From positions 55,924,001 to 55,988,000 of the forward strand of contig NC_091992.1 in NCBI RefSeq assembly GCF_044704955.1: 64,000 nt of DNA, in the 5' to 3' direction. Source of the stretch: Pristiophorus japonicus (lineage: Eukaryota). A model generated the notes under the pieces. It did not search any database. It worked only from the letters and a program-made list of their open reading frames with translations, and was not told the origin of the DNA. Positions 49,991 to 63,240 of this stretch are shown here, piece by piece; positions within the stretch are counted from its first letter, which is position 1, and each line of letters starts with the position of its first letter. The translations under genes and the position numbers were made by a program.

Positions 49991-50729
49991 CTGAAACCAC
50001 TTACAGCAAGGAGGACAAAATCAGATGCTACAGAGGTGGGGGGAGGAAACCAAATAAAGAGTGATATTGTTGGGGGCTAAAAGCTCAATTGAAGAGCAGG
50101 GTTCTGAGACAATTTTTGCATGCAAAAAGAGCGATGACCAGGTGAAAGGAGCTAAACACGGAGTCCACAAAGCAGGAGCATGGTGGCTGAATTGGTTCTC
50201 ATCCTTGGTGAGCAGAGGGAGAAAGAGACAGGAAGAAACCCATGTCGAGGGGAGCCAAGGGCAGAAGGAGAATAGAGTGAGATGAAGTCACGGTATTTGA
50301 AAGCAATGATGAGAATTTTGAAGTCAACTTCAATGTTCTTATGTTCTTATAACTTGCTGGGATAAGGAGAGCCAGTGGGAGCTGGACAGGGCAGGGGTGA
50401 TGAAATGGTGTGGCTTTGTGCGAGTGAGAACGTGGGAGGAGTTGAAGTTTATAGAGCATTGTGGCAGCAGCAATCAGCTAGCAGACCTTTGGAGTACTTG
50501 CACTTATTGTAATGAAGGCATGGACTCGGGCTCTGGAGGTGGGAGAGGTGGGGTGGAAAAAGACAATGTTGCAGAGATTAGGCAAACGCAGTTTAGGTAA
50601 CTTAACAGTTGTAAGCTATGATCAAAATCACAGGATGTCATTCTCAACGTTAGCCAGGTGCGGTCTCAGTGCTGTGGGCAAGCGCAAACCAGATCGGAGG
50701 GTCTCAAATAACACATGTAGGGCATGGAG

Positions 50730-51645
50730 GAACATTGGAAACAGGTGTAGGCCATTGAGCCCCTCAAGCCTGTTCCGCCATTCAATGAGATCATGGCTGA
50801 TCTGTGACCTAACTCCATATACCCAGCTTTGGCCCATGTCCCTTAATACCTTTAATTCTCCGATTTAAAATTAACAATTAAAATCATCAATTGACACTTG
50901 CGGTAGAGAGTTCCAAGCTTCTACCAGCATTTGTGTGTAGAGATGTTTCCTAATTTCACTCCTGAAAGGTCTGGCTCTAAATTTTAGACTAAGCCCTCAA
51001 ATCCTAGAATCCCCAAATATTTGTTCCCCTTAATATCTTGAAAACCGATCAGATTAACCCTTAACCTTATAAATTCTAGGGAATACAACTCTAATTTGTG
51101 TAATCTTTCCTCGTAACTTAAGTCTTGAAGTCCGGATGTCATTCTGGTAAACAGACGCTGCACTCCCTCCAAGGCCAATATACCCTCCCTAAGATGTGGT
51201 GCCCAGAACTGCTCACAGTACTTCAGGTGTGGTCTAACCAGGGTTTTGTACAGCTGCAGCATAACTTCTACCCCCTTGTACTCTAGATCTCTAGATATAA
51301 AGGCCAGCATTCCATTAGCCTTTTTAATTATTTCTGCACCTGTTCCTGACATTTTAATGATCTATGTACCTGGACTCCCAAGTCGCTTTGGACCACCACT
51401 GTTTTTAGCTTTTCACCATTTAGAAAGTACCCTGTTCTTTCCTTTTTAGGTCTAAAGTGGATGACCTTGCACTTGCTTACACTGAAATCCATTTTCCACA
51501 GTTTTGGCCATTCACTTAATCTGTTGCTATCCCTTTGTAATTTTATGCTTTCATCTACACTGCGTACAATGGTGCCTATCTTTGTGTCATCAACAAATTT
51601 GGATATATAACTTTCTATGCCATCATTTAAGTTGTTAATAAATAC
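50730..51645 (-). mobile_element. CR1 fragment
   Basis: FINNLNDG..KFVDDTK, LVRPHLKYC.QFWAP; 3'UTR near 50730-50830. Confidence 0.88.
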
Positions 51646-51648
51646 TCT

Positions 51649-53708
51649 GGGGCTGAAATTGGTGGCCTTACCGCCCACTGCCGCTGACTGCCGGTGAGTT
51701 TTTCCACTGCTCTCCCCTCGGTGACCAATTCCTCCAGGTCTGCATCTGGTGGGAGGGGAGTACCACCGGAAACCGGCCTCTGGCGGCCAAGTCACATAAG
51801 TGACCACTCACCCGCCAAGCTGGCATATTGGTGCAGGCGGGAGTCGGAGGCAGCAGGGGGAAGGACCGCTGCGTGGAGGCAGGTCTAACCCCGACGGTAA
51901 GTAAGAAGACCTGCAAAAAAAGGTTAGTGATCATTTTTGAATGTTATTTTTTTCATTGTTTTACCTGTATGAGGTCCCCTGAAGGTGTTATGGTGTTTTT
52001 GTTTTATTGTGAATATTTTTATTTTTCAGTGTTCTCCCCACCCGCAAATGCACCCCACTGGGACCCGCAGCCTCGGACGGTGGGGCCCTGGGTGTGCCTC
52101 GGTGCATCCCGGTGGGGCCCTCGGTGTGCCTCGCTGCATCCCACTGGGACCCGCAGCCTCAGACTGAGAAACCATGGGATGTCCCAACACTCGTACCACT
52201 CAGGAAAGGGGCTGGCATCTCAATGGGCGGCACCTGCACCTCCTCCAGAGTGAGTACAACAGTGGGGGCTTCATCCTCCCCCTGCCCCTCACCCTCATCC
52301 CCATAGAAACATAGAAAATAGGAGCAGTAGTAGGCCATTCGGCCCTTCGAGTCTGCACCGCCATTCAATATGATCATGGCTGATCCCCGATCTCAACATC
52401 ATATTCCCGCTTTTTCCCCATACCCCTTGATGTCTTTTGTTTCTAGAAATTTATCTATCTCCCTTTTAAATATATTCAGTGACTTGGCCTCCACATGCTC
52501 TTGGTCTGGAAAGTGGAATTGGAAGATGTTCTCTTCAGGCTCATCCTCGTCTGAATATTCTTCTGCATCGGCTTCAGCCTAGTCAAGGTTGGCCTCAAGT
52601 TCTGCAAAATATAACAGAACAGACAAATGGTTAGCAGCAGAGGGGGGGGGGGCAGGGTGGGTGGCATGACTAGGCTCACACAGCGCAGGCAACAGGCTCA
52701 TTTGAAGGACCACAATGAATGATAGCACATTGCATCAACCGAATCGTGACTGACGGAGACATCCCCATGAACCGAAGCATAGCTAGCCCGCGCAGTACTT
52801 GACATTTAGCAAAGCCAGACTGGAATTTTCAGGACTTACCCTCTCCCTCGAGTGTGAGCCCAGCTTGTGCAGTGGTGGTTGCTTTTCTCCAGGTAGGACC
52901 CATCAAAGCAGCGACCTGTCTTCCAAGTGTGTCAGTAGGTGCAGATTTGCCGGGCCTCCTCCTGTTCGAGTTCTTTCCCTTTTGTTGCATGCCACCTTCC
53001 TCTGCAAAGATGAAAATATAACTTTTTAGAGAGGGTGTCTTTCTGCTGGGTGGGACATACAGATGGTCACATTTACAATTGCAATTCCAGTGAATAAATG
53101 AAAATATTACTTACACTAACTACTTGACCAATGTCCTTTTTGCACTGGCCTCCAGACCTCGGAGTGATCACCATTGCACCGTAATCTCCTGCAAGTTGGT
53201 TCCAGCATGCGTTCATTTTTTTTTGTGAAACTTTTATGTGACCTCTGCTGGTGTCCAGCTCGTGCCATCTGGCCTCAATTACAGTAACCAGGGCCTCCAC
53301 TTCGTCTGTGAGAAATTCTTGGCCCTTGCGCCGCATTGCATATTGCAGCTATGATTTTTGCACTAAAAATTAAAATTCTCACACAGCACTCAAAGTTCTT
53401 ACACACAACTGGCTCTTTAAAAATGGCCGAATGCAGACCGGGAGCTGTACTGGGCATGCGTGCCCATAGCATAGTAAAAAACTTATTTTTTTTGCGCATG
53501 CGCAGAAGGTGGGGTGGTGAGGAGGACATTGTTTTTTCGGTGCAGACATTAGGCTCCACCCCCGAAGCTAAAGGACATTCTACGCAGTGCCAATTTCAAA
53601 AATTAGAATGGGGAAACTTGCAAGTTATTTTTTTGGAGTAGTCGGGGCCAAAAAAAGGACGTAACTCTTGTAACACACCAAAAAACGGCATTGGGGAAAA
53701 TTGGGCCC
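51649..53708 (-). mobile_element. Composite PIF/Harbinger element(s) with Myb/SANT gene remnant
   Basis: Termini GGGGCTGAAATT (51649) and AAAATTGGGCCC (53708); internal Myb/SANT-like ORF; CR1 tail inserted at ~52302-52494. Confidence 0.75.
52150..53336 (-). pseudogene. Harbinger-associated Myb/SANT-like DNA-binding protein gene, spliced, inactivated
   Basis: F..DEVEALV..IEARW..W.QLA..Y......R...QCKK motif; exons ~53336-53115, 53001-52840 and 52601 downward with GT-AG introns; stop, frameshift and CR1 insertion. Confidence 0.78.
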
Positions 53709-53709
53709 A

Positions 53710-53808
53710 ATAGCACTGATGTTATGTGCTCATATCCTGGAGTTTTGCTTGAGCCCACAACTTTCTGATTCAAGGGTTGGGCTGATACCAACTGAGCCAA
53801 GCTGACAC
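53710..53808 (-). mobile_element. DeuSINE tRNA-like head, truncated at the Harbinger end
   Basis: GTGTCAGCTTGGCTCAGTTGG..GTTGTGGGCTCAAG..CTCCAG, homologous to 24460-24550. Confidence 0.7.
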
Positions 53809-54914
53809 TATCGAGTTTTTTTTAAATCATGGGAATTTCACTTATTTAAGGAAGAGGAGACTTTGTTATTTCTGCCACATTCTGTTAGGTTTATGCTGTG
53901 CCACCATCTGTCAACACAAAAGCATGACAGAAATGTACTTTTTTTTCAAATTTAATTTGTTAGTGATTGCGTACATCAAGGTGAGGGATCCCAGTGCTGG
54001 AGAATGGAACTCGGCCGAGACTGGTTGAGCATCCAAGGCATTCTCCCTTTCCTGTGTTTCCCTCTTATCCCATTTGCTCTGCGGATGAGCGTGAGAGCTG
54101 GGTTTGTGCTGCGGGAGGAGGAGCTTGCCTATCTTGATGAAAATGAATCTGTTCTTTATCCGCTGGCCCTTTTTTAAGTTATGTGTCACAAAGGTCATTT
54201 GCTTAACCAAAATCTCTGCGGACAATGCTCGTTTTGGGTCAGGCCCATAGTCCGACTTTATTAAGAGAGCTTCTGATATGCCTGTTTTGTTGCCACACAA
54301 TGGAACACAAGATAAATTAGTCACTGAACCTTGGAATAGCATTTAGCGCTAAGTATGATTTTGAAGTAGAGTTTGGAATTTCCCAGCAGATGGTGCTGTT
54401 TCACACAGTTAACAATGATGAGTTAGGTTATCACCTTAGAATAAAATTCTTCTTTGCAACATGTCACACTGAATGTGGTGTCATCAATTCACTGCATTTA
54501 GTAAGTGATTTAATTTACTGCAGCGCCTTATCATGCAGCTCCTGCATTCACACTCGAACTTTCTGGAAAGCTGATGGGTGTACCTGGTATCTATACACCG
54601 TGACACCAGCGTGCCATATGATTTTGTTTTGGTGCATGTAGCACAAACATAGAAGTAGATGATTAGGCTGGTGTTGAAATCGGTTCTGCATCTTTTTCCC
54701 CATGCGTCTCGGAAAACATGCCATGCAGCTTATGAGGTGATACCAGTACAATTCAGAGTGGGGCACCAGTGTTGTAGCTGGGGCAAGATATGTCAATACG
54801 TGTGCGATTGAGTCACCTGGGCTAGGACTAAAACCAGGTAGGATGTGACTGTCAGCCTGACATATGTTGCAAGGTGCAGATATTTCTTTAAAATGGCTGC
54901 TTTTCTCTGTGTGG

Positions 54915-55245
54915 ATTATAAGGAATAGAAGAAGGCCATATGGCCCCTCGAGCCTGCTCCGCCATTTAATACAATCATGGCTGATCGGATCATGGACTCG
55001 GGTCCAGTTCCCTGCCCCCTCCCCATAACCCCTTATTCCCTTATCAGTTAAGAAAGTGTCTATCTCTGTCTTAAATTTATTCAACAGCCCAGCTTTCACA
55101 GATCTCTGAGGCAGTGAATTCCACAGATTTACAACCCTCCTTTAAATGGGCGGCCCCTTATTCTAAGATTATGCCCCCGAGTTCTAGTCTCCCCTATTAG
55201 CGGAAACATTCTCTCTGCATCCACTTGTCGAGCCTCCTCAAAATC
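54915..55245 (-). mobile_element. CR1 3' end
   Basis: 3'UTR ATCAGCCATGAT and ORF2 end (FKTEIDTFL..KGIRGYGE). Confidence 0.88.
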
Positions 55246-55374
55246 GTTATTACGTTATTGTTCTTTGATGTCCTCTTCAGATGTGTTCATCCCACATACA
55301 TCTTTCTCTCCTCACCAGGATAGGAGGCTGAGTTCTGTTCTTTGGTATTTGCCTGTTCTGCTCTGTACATGAAA

Positions 55375-55945
55375 CCAAAAGAGAAAGTGCTGGATCAGAA
55401 CAAAAGTTAATGTTTCAAGTGTGGGCTCTTTATCAGAATTGGAGGATATTATAGATGAACATAATTTCATAAAGGTTAGAACATATGGTGGAGAGGAAAC
55501 ACAGACAGACACACATGCATAAACACAAAATAAATATAGTGACCTGTAAGATATTTGAGTGGCAGGCAGGAGATGATTAAATAACAGAAGTGATATTAGC
55601 ATTAGGAAACAGGAGTTATAATGAGATAAATCAATGACATTAAAGACATTTGAGACACCAAGTGTCCTAACACAAGCGATTAGAGGGTAAGGCAGGTAGA
55701 AACAGAAGTACGAAAAACTTACAAAGTAGAGCAGCTGCAGCGGCCCAGGAGAAGGGAAAAAGCAGGTTGGCACCCAGGATGCAGACCACCCCATGTGTGA
55801 CGGAGGGTCCCAACATCAAACACCAACCTATCTCTCCCCTTGGAATCACCAGAGCACCAATCCCCCATTGCCAACACTTGTCAAAGGGAAACTGGAAGCT
55901 ATAATTAATGTCAGAAGTTGTTAAAGTTAATATTAAGGCCAGAGG
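55375..55945 (-). mobile_element. Decayed Penelope-like 3'/pLTR fragment
   Basis: GIY-YIG tail-like CAGCCCTCTGGCCTTAATATT and terminal CTGATAAAGAG..GAAACATTAAC on the - strand. Confidence 0.5.
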
Positions 55946-55959
55946 GCTGTAAAAGTGTA

Positions 55960-56335
55960 CGGTAGTGAGGTTATGTTACTGTCCCAGTAAACCAGGGAAC
56001 ATAAATTCAAATCCCACAATGGCAGTTGTGGGAAAAAAACCTGGAAATACGAAGCTGGAATTAGTAAAAGTGCGTATGAAGTTGTAAAAACCCAACTGAT
56101 TTACTGATGTACTTTAGGGAAGGAAACCTGCTGTCCTTACTTGGTCTGGCCTATACGTGACTCATTCACACATCAATGTGGTTGATTCTTAACTACCCTG
56201 TGAACTGGCCTAGTAAACCACTCAGCTGTATCAAGAATGCAGCCCACCATCACCGTTTCAAGGGAAGCAGGTCTGGGCAATAAATGCTGGCCTTGCCAGC
56301 GACGCCCACAAGCCAAGAATAAATAAAAATAATAA
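55960..56335 (+). mobile_element. tRNA-derived SINE with LINE-derived tail
   Basis: B-box-like ATTCAAATCCC; shares body and tail with 4335-4805. Confidence 0.7.
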
Positions 56336-56369
56336 AAGTGCCTAATAGATAAGGAAATGCAAAAAGTTG

Positions 56370-59045
56370 CACTTCTCCTCGGTGAGGAAATTGTAAATAC
56401 TCGAGCCACAAACTTCCAAATATCTCGATTGAGGAATTGTCTCCTTGGATTGGAACATTTCCAATGTCACTCTATTATTTAAGAAAGATAGGATAGATGA
56501 ACTAGGAAACCATAGGCCTTTTAGACTATCGTCTGTTGTGGGGAAGTTACTAGCATTTGTTATTGGGGACAGTGTAGGCACTTGGAGAAATGATGAACTG
56601 AGCAGAAAGAGCTAGCATGAATTTGTAAAGGGTAAGTAATGTCTAGTTGAATTTTTGAAGAGGTAACTAAAGTGGTAGATAAGCAGTGCCCATACATTTT
56701 ATTTACATACACTTCCAGAAGACATTGGATAAGGTTCCACACAAGAGACTGTTAACAAAAATTAGAGCATATGGAATTGAAGGTGATGTATTGACGTAGG
56801 TAGGGATTTGGTTTCGGAGGGTGTAGGGATAATGCTTGAACTGTATAAGACACTGGTTAGGCCGCAGCTGGAGTAGTGTGTGCAGTTCTGGTCACCACAT
56901 TACAAGAAAGATGTGAAGCAATGAAGGCATAAAGAAGTCAGAACAAGGGGAACAAAGACACTACAAGCTAGTTGTTGAAGAATGGCCTGTGAACAATCAA
57001 ACACTTTCCAGTGATGTTGTGAAAGCACTGTTAGACAAGGTGAATGAGTCTGCCAAGAAAGGAATGAAGTTTATCGGATTTTTAAATCAACTCAGTTATA
57101 AAATTCTGACGGGTTTGGACAGGTTGGATGCAGGAAGAATGTTCCCAATGTTGGGGAAGTCCAGAACCAGAGGTCACAGTCTAAGGATAAGGGGTAAGCC
57201 ATTTAGGACCGAGATAAGGAGAAACTTCTTCACCCAGAGAGTGGTGAACCTGTGGAATTCTCTACCACAGAAAGTAGTTGAGGCCAATTCACTAAATATA
57301 TTCAAAAGGGAGTTAGATGAAGTCCTTACTACTCGGGGGATCAAGGGGTATGGCGTGAAAGCAGGAAGGGGGTACTGAAGTTGCATGTTCAGCCATGAAC
57401 TCATTGAATGGCGGTGCAGGCTAGAAGGGCTGAATGGCCTGCTCCTGCACCTATTTTCTATGTTTCTATGTTTTTTCTATGTGATTGCATTGGAGAGGGT
57501 GCAGAGGAGATTTACAAGAATGTTGCCTGGACTGGGGAATTTTAGCTATGAGGAAAGATTGGAGATACTGGGCCTGTTTTCTTTGGAACAGAGGAGGCTA
57601 AGGGGAGACCTGATTGAGGTGTATAAAATGATGTGGGGTCTGGATAGAGTGGATAGGAAGGACCTGTTTCCCTTGGCAGAGGGGTCAACAACCAAGAGGC
57701 ATAGATTTAAAGTAATTGGGGGGAAGGTATAGAGGAGATATGAGGGGCAATTTCTTTACCCAGAGGGTGGTGGGGGTCTGGAACTCACTGCCTGAAAGGG
57801 TGGCAGAGGCAGAAAGCCTCACCACATTTAAAAAATATTTGGATGTGCACTTAAAGTGCCGTAACCTACAGGGCTACGGACCGAGAGCTGGAAAGTGGGA
57901 TTAGGCTGGGTATCTCTTGGTTGGCTGGCGCGTACGCGATGGGCCGAAATGGCCTCCTCCGTGCTGTAAATTTCTATGATTCTATGATACTCAAATTGGC
58001 AGGATATGACTAGTGGTGTCCCCCAGGGATCTGTACTGGGGCCAAAGCTTATGACTATATTTATAAAAGACTTGGACGAAGGAATAGAGAGCTGTATATC
58101 CAAGTTTGCTGACGACACTAAATTAAGTGGCATAGTAAATGGCGCAGAAGGGAGAAGAAAGTTGCAAAGGGACATGGATTAAGTGAGTGGGCAAAAACTG
58201 TGGCAGATGGAGTTTAATGTGGGGAAGTGTGAGGTCATCCACTTCAGACTTAAGAAAGATAGAACAGAGTATTTTCTAAAGGGCGAGATGCTCGGATAAG
58301 TGGAGGAGCAGAGAGATTGAGGGACCCATGTACAGAAATCACTAAAAGCTACTGTACATGTACAAAAAATAATTTAAAAGGCTAGGAAGGTCGTAATACA
58401 AAGAGGTGGAAGTTATGTTGCAGTTATATAAAGCTCTGGTTGGACCTCATCTGAATTACTGTGTTCAGTTCTGGGCACTGCCCCTCAGGAAGGATATATT
58501 GGCTATGGAGGGGATGCAGCCCAGATTCACCAGAATGATAACAGGACTAAAAGGGTCAAATTATGAGGACAGGTTGCATAGACTAAGCTAGTATTCCCTT
58601 GACCATAAACGGTTAAGGGGTGAACTAATTGAGACGTTTAAGGTGTTCTAAAGGATTTGATAAGGTTGATAGAAACTATTTGTTCTGTGTGGGAGTCCAG
58701 AACAAGGGGGCATAACCTTAGAATTAGAACTAGGTAGTTAGAGGTTATGTCAGGAAGCATTTCTTCACACAAAGAGTAGTAGCAATCTGGAACTCTTCCC
58801 CCCCCCCCCCCCCCGTCCCCCCGTCCCCCACCTCCCACCCCACCCCAGCGCCCAAAAAGCTGTTGACAGAGGTCAGTTGAAAAGTTAAAAACTGAGATCG
58901 ATAGACTTTTGTTAAGCAAAGGTTATTAAAGATTACAGAACCAAGGCGGGTAAATGGAGTTAAGATACAGATCAGCCATGATCTAATTGAATAGTGGAAC
59001 AGGCTCGAGGGGCTGAATGGCCTGCTCCTGTTCCTATGTTCCTCA
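56370..59045 (+). mobile_element. Cluster of nested CR1 fragments from several subfamilies
   Basis: Old RT pieces 56370-56830 and 57990-59045, with younger 3' ends at ~57095-57480 and ~57480-57987, each with its own tail. Confidence 0.87.
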
Positions 59046-59144
59046 GATTGGCCAGAGCTGAGGCCCCACCAGACAGCGCACTGATAACGCACAGGCTCGA
59101 GATTCTGAATGACCTGCTGCTATGTACCTTCCCATGATTTAATT

Positions 59145-59401
59145 TATCATGTATCTCACATTACTGCATATAACTGTATTTTACCATGCTATACATGACT
59201 GTAACTGGATATGACCTGTAACAATAAGCATATCTTACCACCAGGAGTGCACTTGCAGGAGACACTCCATACCTGTCCGACTGAGGTATATAAAGGGTTG
59301 TCTCAGGCAAGTGCAGCTCGAATTAAAGGTGCAGGTCCTGAGTGACCTTGACTTTAGCATGTGTTTCCTGTAAGTCAGTACATTAGAGTCAAGACATAAC
59401 A
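59145..59401 (+). mobile_element. Solo LTR (257 bp)
   Basis: TA(TG mutated)..CA ends, TATATAAA and ATTAAA inside, 5-bp TSD TAATT at 59140-59144 and 59402-59406. Confidence 0.8.
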
Positions 59402-60654
59402 TAATTATCTCCTGATTTTCACTTGAGCACTTCACACCCCTTGTGTGTGTACGTATTTTCCTGTTTTAAATGCTGTTCCTCTGTAACGTCTTTCACAATC
59501 CACAATGAAAATGGCGACGTGTCGGCTCTTCGCACAGATGCTGATGGACCTCCAGAACTTTGTTTCTCGTTCAGAATTCCAGAATCTGCAGTATTTTATT
59601 TTTTCTGTTCCATACTCGGTTGATAAGAGATGGATGAACACAGTCTCTCCCCTTCTTTATCTAAGAGGAATTGCCCAGACTTGTCAATGATTTAACTTTG
59701 GACCAGACAGCATATATTCAATGGGCTATCTGCAATTGCTAAAAATGTAAATGTGACTTCTAAGGTCAATTTTTGCACTGACTTCTGTGTACATTCTGAT
59801 ACAGCGGCATTATTTACTCAAAATGATAAAAACTTTCAATGAATGTTAGTTTCCATCATCAAACAATATTTGCGAACTCGAGCTGCTATGCTATTTCTCG
59901 TCTTGCCCACATCCTGCCCATATGACTTGGCAAATCAGTGAGGAGCCCTTGGCTAATGTTCAGAGCCTGTCCCTTATTGGGAAAGGTGGAGGGGGGGGAG
60001 GGGGTTTAAATTGGGAAATTGACACATAGGAAAGGCCGAGTCTGAAGCCGCATCCACCAGTGTGCCAAATAAACTAATCCCGTGGTCTCCTTTACTCGAC
60101 GTGTTGCCATGGCTACACGACGCAGCATCACGATTAGTATTTGCATATTACACGTGGCTTTGTGCAGCTCCATGCGAGCACACACATGCCATTGTTTCAG
60201 CAGCACGCACAAGCATTTATACATGTCTCTTTAGCTACTTAAATCAGTGCCTAGTGATACCATGTAAATAGGCTCATTGATGAGCCTGTACCGACTACTC
60301 CGATTACACTCACAGGGGCCTGTACCTTTTCTTCCCCTTGCTCCTGGCACTGTTGCACCATCAGAGATCAGTTACTGTAATGCTTGTCCTGCGGACAAGG
60401 TGCGCCCTTCTCTGTGGGCGAATTCAATTCTTTTATGTAACGAAACTCGGGGCTTTGTCATGACAAATTTGTGCTGTGTTATATTCGATTCATTTTCTGT
60501 ATCAAATCAACACTGAATCATAAAAATTACACTGCAGAAGGAGGCCATTCAGCCCACCATACCTCTGCCAGTGCTGGCTCTCCAGCTGGAGCTGATTACT
60601 CTAATTCCACTTCCCTGCCCTTTTTCTCCCCATATTCTTTTTTATGCTTCTGTA

Positions 60655-61080
60655 AATAGGAACATTAGGACCAGGAGTAGGCCATTCAGCCCCAAGAGCA
60701 TGCTCAGCCATTCAATTATAACATGACTGATGCGCACTTCAACTTCATTTATCTGCCTTCGCTCTATATCCCCTGCACCGAACAAAAATTTATTTATCTC
60801 AGTCTGGAAAGTTCCAATTGACCCTACATCCATTTGGGGGAGACAGTTCCAGATTTCCCAGCACCCTTTGTGTCAAAAAAGTGCTTCCTGGCCTGGCTCT
60901 AATTTTAAGATTATGCCCCCTTGTTCTTGATTCCTGCACCAAAGGAAATATTTTCTTTGTATCTATCCTGGCAAGTAATTTTAATTTTAAACACCTCAAG
61001 CAGACCTCCTCATCAATCATCTACACTCAAGGAAATATAAGCCAAGTTTATGCAACCTATCCTCAAAATTTAACCCCCTA
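60655..61080 (-). mobile_element. Decayed CR1 3' end
   Basis: FPLVQESRTRGHNLKIRAR and 3'UTR. Confidence 0.82.
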
Positions 61081-61329
61081 AATACTTACCCAACTCCCTT
61101 TTAAATTATGTCTCTGGCTCAATATCCACTTGTGGCAAAGCGATCTATGTTCTTGCAAAACATTTCTTGGCTTATCCTTTCCTCTTTCTTGAGCAGCCGT
61201 GACATATTTGCGACCCTTTCGTCCTTTAGCATAATGACCTATTTGCGAAGAATTTTGGGAGATTTAGTTCTTCTGCTATCTCCTTGCTTTACGGGGATGT
61301 ATACTATATTTTCTTTTATTCGTAGTAAC

Positions 61330-61580
61330 CTAGGCTGACACTTCATTGTAGCGCTGAGGAGTGTTGCACTATTTGGAGGTACCGTCTTTAGGATGAGACT
61401 ATAAACTGAGGGCCCTTCTGCCCTCTAAGATGGTCACAAAAGATCTCATTGCACTCTTTGAAGAAGAGCAAGAGTGATCTTGGCCACCATCAGCAAAATG
61501 CACCTAAACAGATTGCTTGGTCATTTATCTCATTGCTGTTTGTAGGTCCTTGCTCTGCACAAATTGGCTGCTATGTCCTT
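61330..61580 (+). mobile_element. DeuSINE fragment
   Basis: AGGCTGACACTTCATTG..CCGTCTTTAGGATGAGAC Deu-domain. Confidence 0.7.
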
Positions 61581-62939
61581 GTCAATATCCAACAAGACAT
61601 CTGTGAGTGGGGAAACTTGTACATTTTTAATCATTTAGTCATACCTCGATTCAGTCATCTAATTATAAACATTTACAGCCTTGATAGAGACAGCAACACT
61701 GGGTTTAACAATCCCTAAAATACAATTGAACACCTCTCTAGCACAGAATTGCAGGACGGATCTATTTTTGGTTTGGATCATCCCATAACTCTTTTCCATC
61801 TCTGTAAACGGCTTGTTACAGGAAGTTTTGGTACCCCTGGGCCTGGCCAGGCACAGCACACTTCAGCTGCGTTTCCTCCTGACGAACACCAGGACAGAGG
61901 GGAGGAAAATCTGTCCTTTGATCTTTTCAGGCTTTGTCGGCAGTTATACTGCAACTGCTGAGAAACTGGCACGGGTTGAGACAGCCGCTTGAGATGGTCT
62001 CATGCCATTTGCCAAAAGACGAGGTGTAATGATTCCCAAATTATACTGCCATTGTTTGTGTCAATGGAAAACCTGCATCACATTGACACTAAAACAGTAG
62101 CATAACTGGGCCACAGGATAAATGGCCAAACTTTCCGTCACTGGCATCACGGTGGAAAGATTAGTTCTTGCATGTGTCATTCAAACCTACTTCTGTCAGC
62201 AGCACAGTGTAAGCAAGAGAGGAGCAGAATGTGGGAGCATGAGCTAAATGTAGGGCAGCAAGCTGCAGAAGAACACAGCTCACGTTGTCAGGCTGGAATG
62301 TGTGGAGCTACTGCAGACAGACCTCAGCTCTCAGTGCCCCAGACGTTTGTCAGCAAGGTGTCCTTGGGCTGCTCCTGACATTCTGCCTCTTCATATCTCA
62401 CACTGCTCTCCTTAGACAGCGAGCGCTGTGTCTCTCTTACACGAGTGTCAAGCAGGGATTACCAACGTTGGACAAAGGTGTTTTGTCAATCTGCCTCTGT
62501 TAGTTTTTAACCCTTACATATTTCGACACATCCTCTGCAAGGGGTTTGTCTGTTGAGCTCCACTGAGTAATGTTCTGCTGTTTCCATAGAGATTATTTGT
62601 ATAATGTCGTCTCTTCTGTTCAGTGAAATGATTAATGAAGTTTTTTTCTTTTATAGTATTTGAAGTGCAGATCATATTCTGAGCCTGTGTCCAGTGTCGC
62701 CTTGAATGTGCCAGAGCGCCCTGTATAAAATAATATAAGAATGGATCTTTGTGGAATTATCATCAATTTGGCAATATCATGAGTTAAAGAGTCATCTTAA
62801 ATGTCAATTGGGGAACTTAATTGCTGACAACACAGAAGTTTAATCACCAAAGTTACACTTTCCTGAAGCTCTGCTCTCAGTTACAGCAGGAATTCACAGG
62901 GAAGAATGTTTGATTCAGTGTAGGGACAGGCCAGGTAAA

Positions 62940-63240
62940 GAGCATAAGAATATAAGAAATAGGAGCAGGAGTAGACCATTCGCTTCTTCGAGCCTGCTCC
63001 GCCATTCAATAAGATCATATCTGATCTTCTACCTCAACTCGACCTTCCCACACTATCCCCATTTCATTTGATTCCATTGGTATCCAAAAATCTATCGATC
63101 TCTGTCTTGAATATATTCAACGACTGAGCAAGCACAGTTCTCTGGGGTAGAGAATTCCAAACATTCACAACCTTTTGAGTGAATAAATTTCTCCTCATCT
63201 CAGTCCAAAATGGCCGACCTCTTATTGAGACTGTGACCCC
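62940..63240 (-). mobile_element. CR1 3' end
   Basis: EMRRNLFTQKVVNVWNSLP with tail. Confidence 0.88.
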
